From contig NC_057749.1 of assembly GCF_004010195.1 (NCBI RefSeq), positions 19,859,570 to 19,923,569 on the forward strand: a DNA stretch of 64,000 bases. The letters are read 5' to 3'. The stretch is from Chiloscyllium plagiosum. Its lineage: Eukaryota. Under the pieces are notes generated by a model. That model ran no database searches. It was not told where the DNA came from and worked only from the letters and a program-made list of their open reading frames with translations. Shown piece by piece: positions 63,010-64,000 of this stretch (the first letter of the stretch is position 1; every line of letters starts with the position of its first letter). The translations under genes were made by a program, and so were the position numbers.

Positions 63010-63878
63010 CTCACTCAAGGGCCAAGGAAAGCTTGTGTGGAGTCAAAATGGCTGAAATTCTTAATGTCAGTATTCAGTTTTGATGCTGAGGTTAGGGATA
63101 GATTACTCTAGGTAAAGTCAGCGTAAGAAGTGAGGAAGTTTAGGTATTCTAAAAGGCATTAAGGTGGATAAGTCCACATGTCTGGATGGGATCTATTCCA
63201 GGTTACTGAGGGAAGTGAGGAAATACCAGGTGTCTTAACATATCTTTGCAGTGTCCTTTGAACACAGGTGAGGTCCTAGAGGACTGGAGAATTGCCCATG
63301 TTGTCTCCTTGCTTAAGAAGGGTAGCAGGGATAATACAGGTAATTGTAGACCAGTGAGCCAGAAGTCCCTGGTCAGGAAGCTGCTGAAGATCCTGAGGGA
63401 TAGGATCTGTTCTGTTTTGGAAACAATGGGCTAATCAGTGATTGGCAACATGGTTTTGTGCAGGGGAAGTCATGTCTTATTAACTTAATAGAATTCTTCC
63501 CATTTGGATGGGTATATGAATTGGAGGGATATGGGCCGGGTGCTGGCAGGTGGGACGAGATTGGGTTGGGATATCTGGTTGGCATGGATGGGTTGGACCG
63601 AAGGGTCTGTTTCCATGCTGTACATCTGGTTCTAAGTGACAGTTGACTGAGGGAAGGCCTGTAGATGTCATACATTGCCTTCAGTAAGGCATTTAAGGTT
63701 CTCTATGGTAGGCTGATGGAGAAAGTGAAGTCCCTTGGGGTCCAGGGTGTATTATTTCTAGATGGATAGAGAACTGGCTGGGCAACAGGAGACAGTGGTA
63801 GAAAGGAGTTCTCCAAAATGGAGAACTGTGACCAGTGGTGTTACACAGGGATCCATGTTGGGACCATTGTGATATACA
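63010..63878 (+). mobile_element. CR1 LINE RT fragment (sense) with a nested CR1 tail at about 63500-63627
   Basis: TGEVLEDWRIAHVVSLLKKGSRDNTGNCRPVS, GKSCLINLIEFF and gtgaccagtggtgttacacagggatc. Confidence 0.85.
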
Positions 63879-64000
63879 TTTTTTTTGATTACCTCCTGTG
63901 GAAACAGGCCCTTCAGGCCAACAAGTCCACACCGACCTGCCGAAGCACAACCCACCCAGACCCATTCCCCTACATTTACCCCTTCACTTAACACTACGGG
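63879..64000 (-). mobile_element. HE1 SINE 3' part (cut by the window edge)
   Basis: T tail then gtggaaacaggccctt…ccaacaagtccacaccgacc…ctacatttacccc. Confidence 0.9.

Larger units (their letters stand above)
3529..64000 (+). other. CPEB1: CPEB1 intron 2 (over 60 kb, runs past the window end)
   Basis: The expected next-exon peptide (…LCLGLQSLSL.GWDRPWS…) was not found in the ORF track or by reading the sequence; the region is dominated by retroelements. Confidence 0.7.

Noticed and set aside
3529..64000. CPEB3-type HDV-like ribozyme in the intron
   Set aside because: The gene is CPEB1, not CPEB3, and I saw no nested double-pseudoknot motif; an Infernal search would be needed to exclude it formally.

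Overview
Eukaryotic, repeat-rich DNA whose repeat families (HE1-type tRNA/V-SINEs, HER1/CR1 LINEs, Penelope-like elements) indicate an elasmobranch, most likely a shark. The window holds the 5' end of one protein-coding gene on the + strand, CPEB1. It has a GC-rich promoter with a TATA-like box, coding exon 1 (401-415, MAFSL), a CpG-island intron 1 that appears to carry extra promoters and an in-phase alternative first exon (M-E-K), and coding exon 2 (3345-3528). The rest is intron 2, more than 60 kb long; I could not find the next exon. That intron is largely retroelement debris: many CR1 fragments, a TSD-bounded L1-clade LINE retaining both ends, an RTE fragment, about 9 HE1 SINEs and possible solo LTRs. 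It also has about 10 Penelope-like (PLE) remnants, several of them fold-back structures whose ends carry minimal type-I hammerhead ribozyme motifs. Most hammerhead cores are broken; the best-preserved one (13060-13098) is antisense to CPEB1. Perfect inverted repeats at SINE junctions suggest templated fold-back synthesis. Nearly all ORFs in the supplied track are spurious or transposon-derived. Repeat boundaries were set by eye and are approximate unless a target-site duplication (TSD) is quoted.
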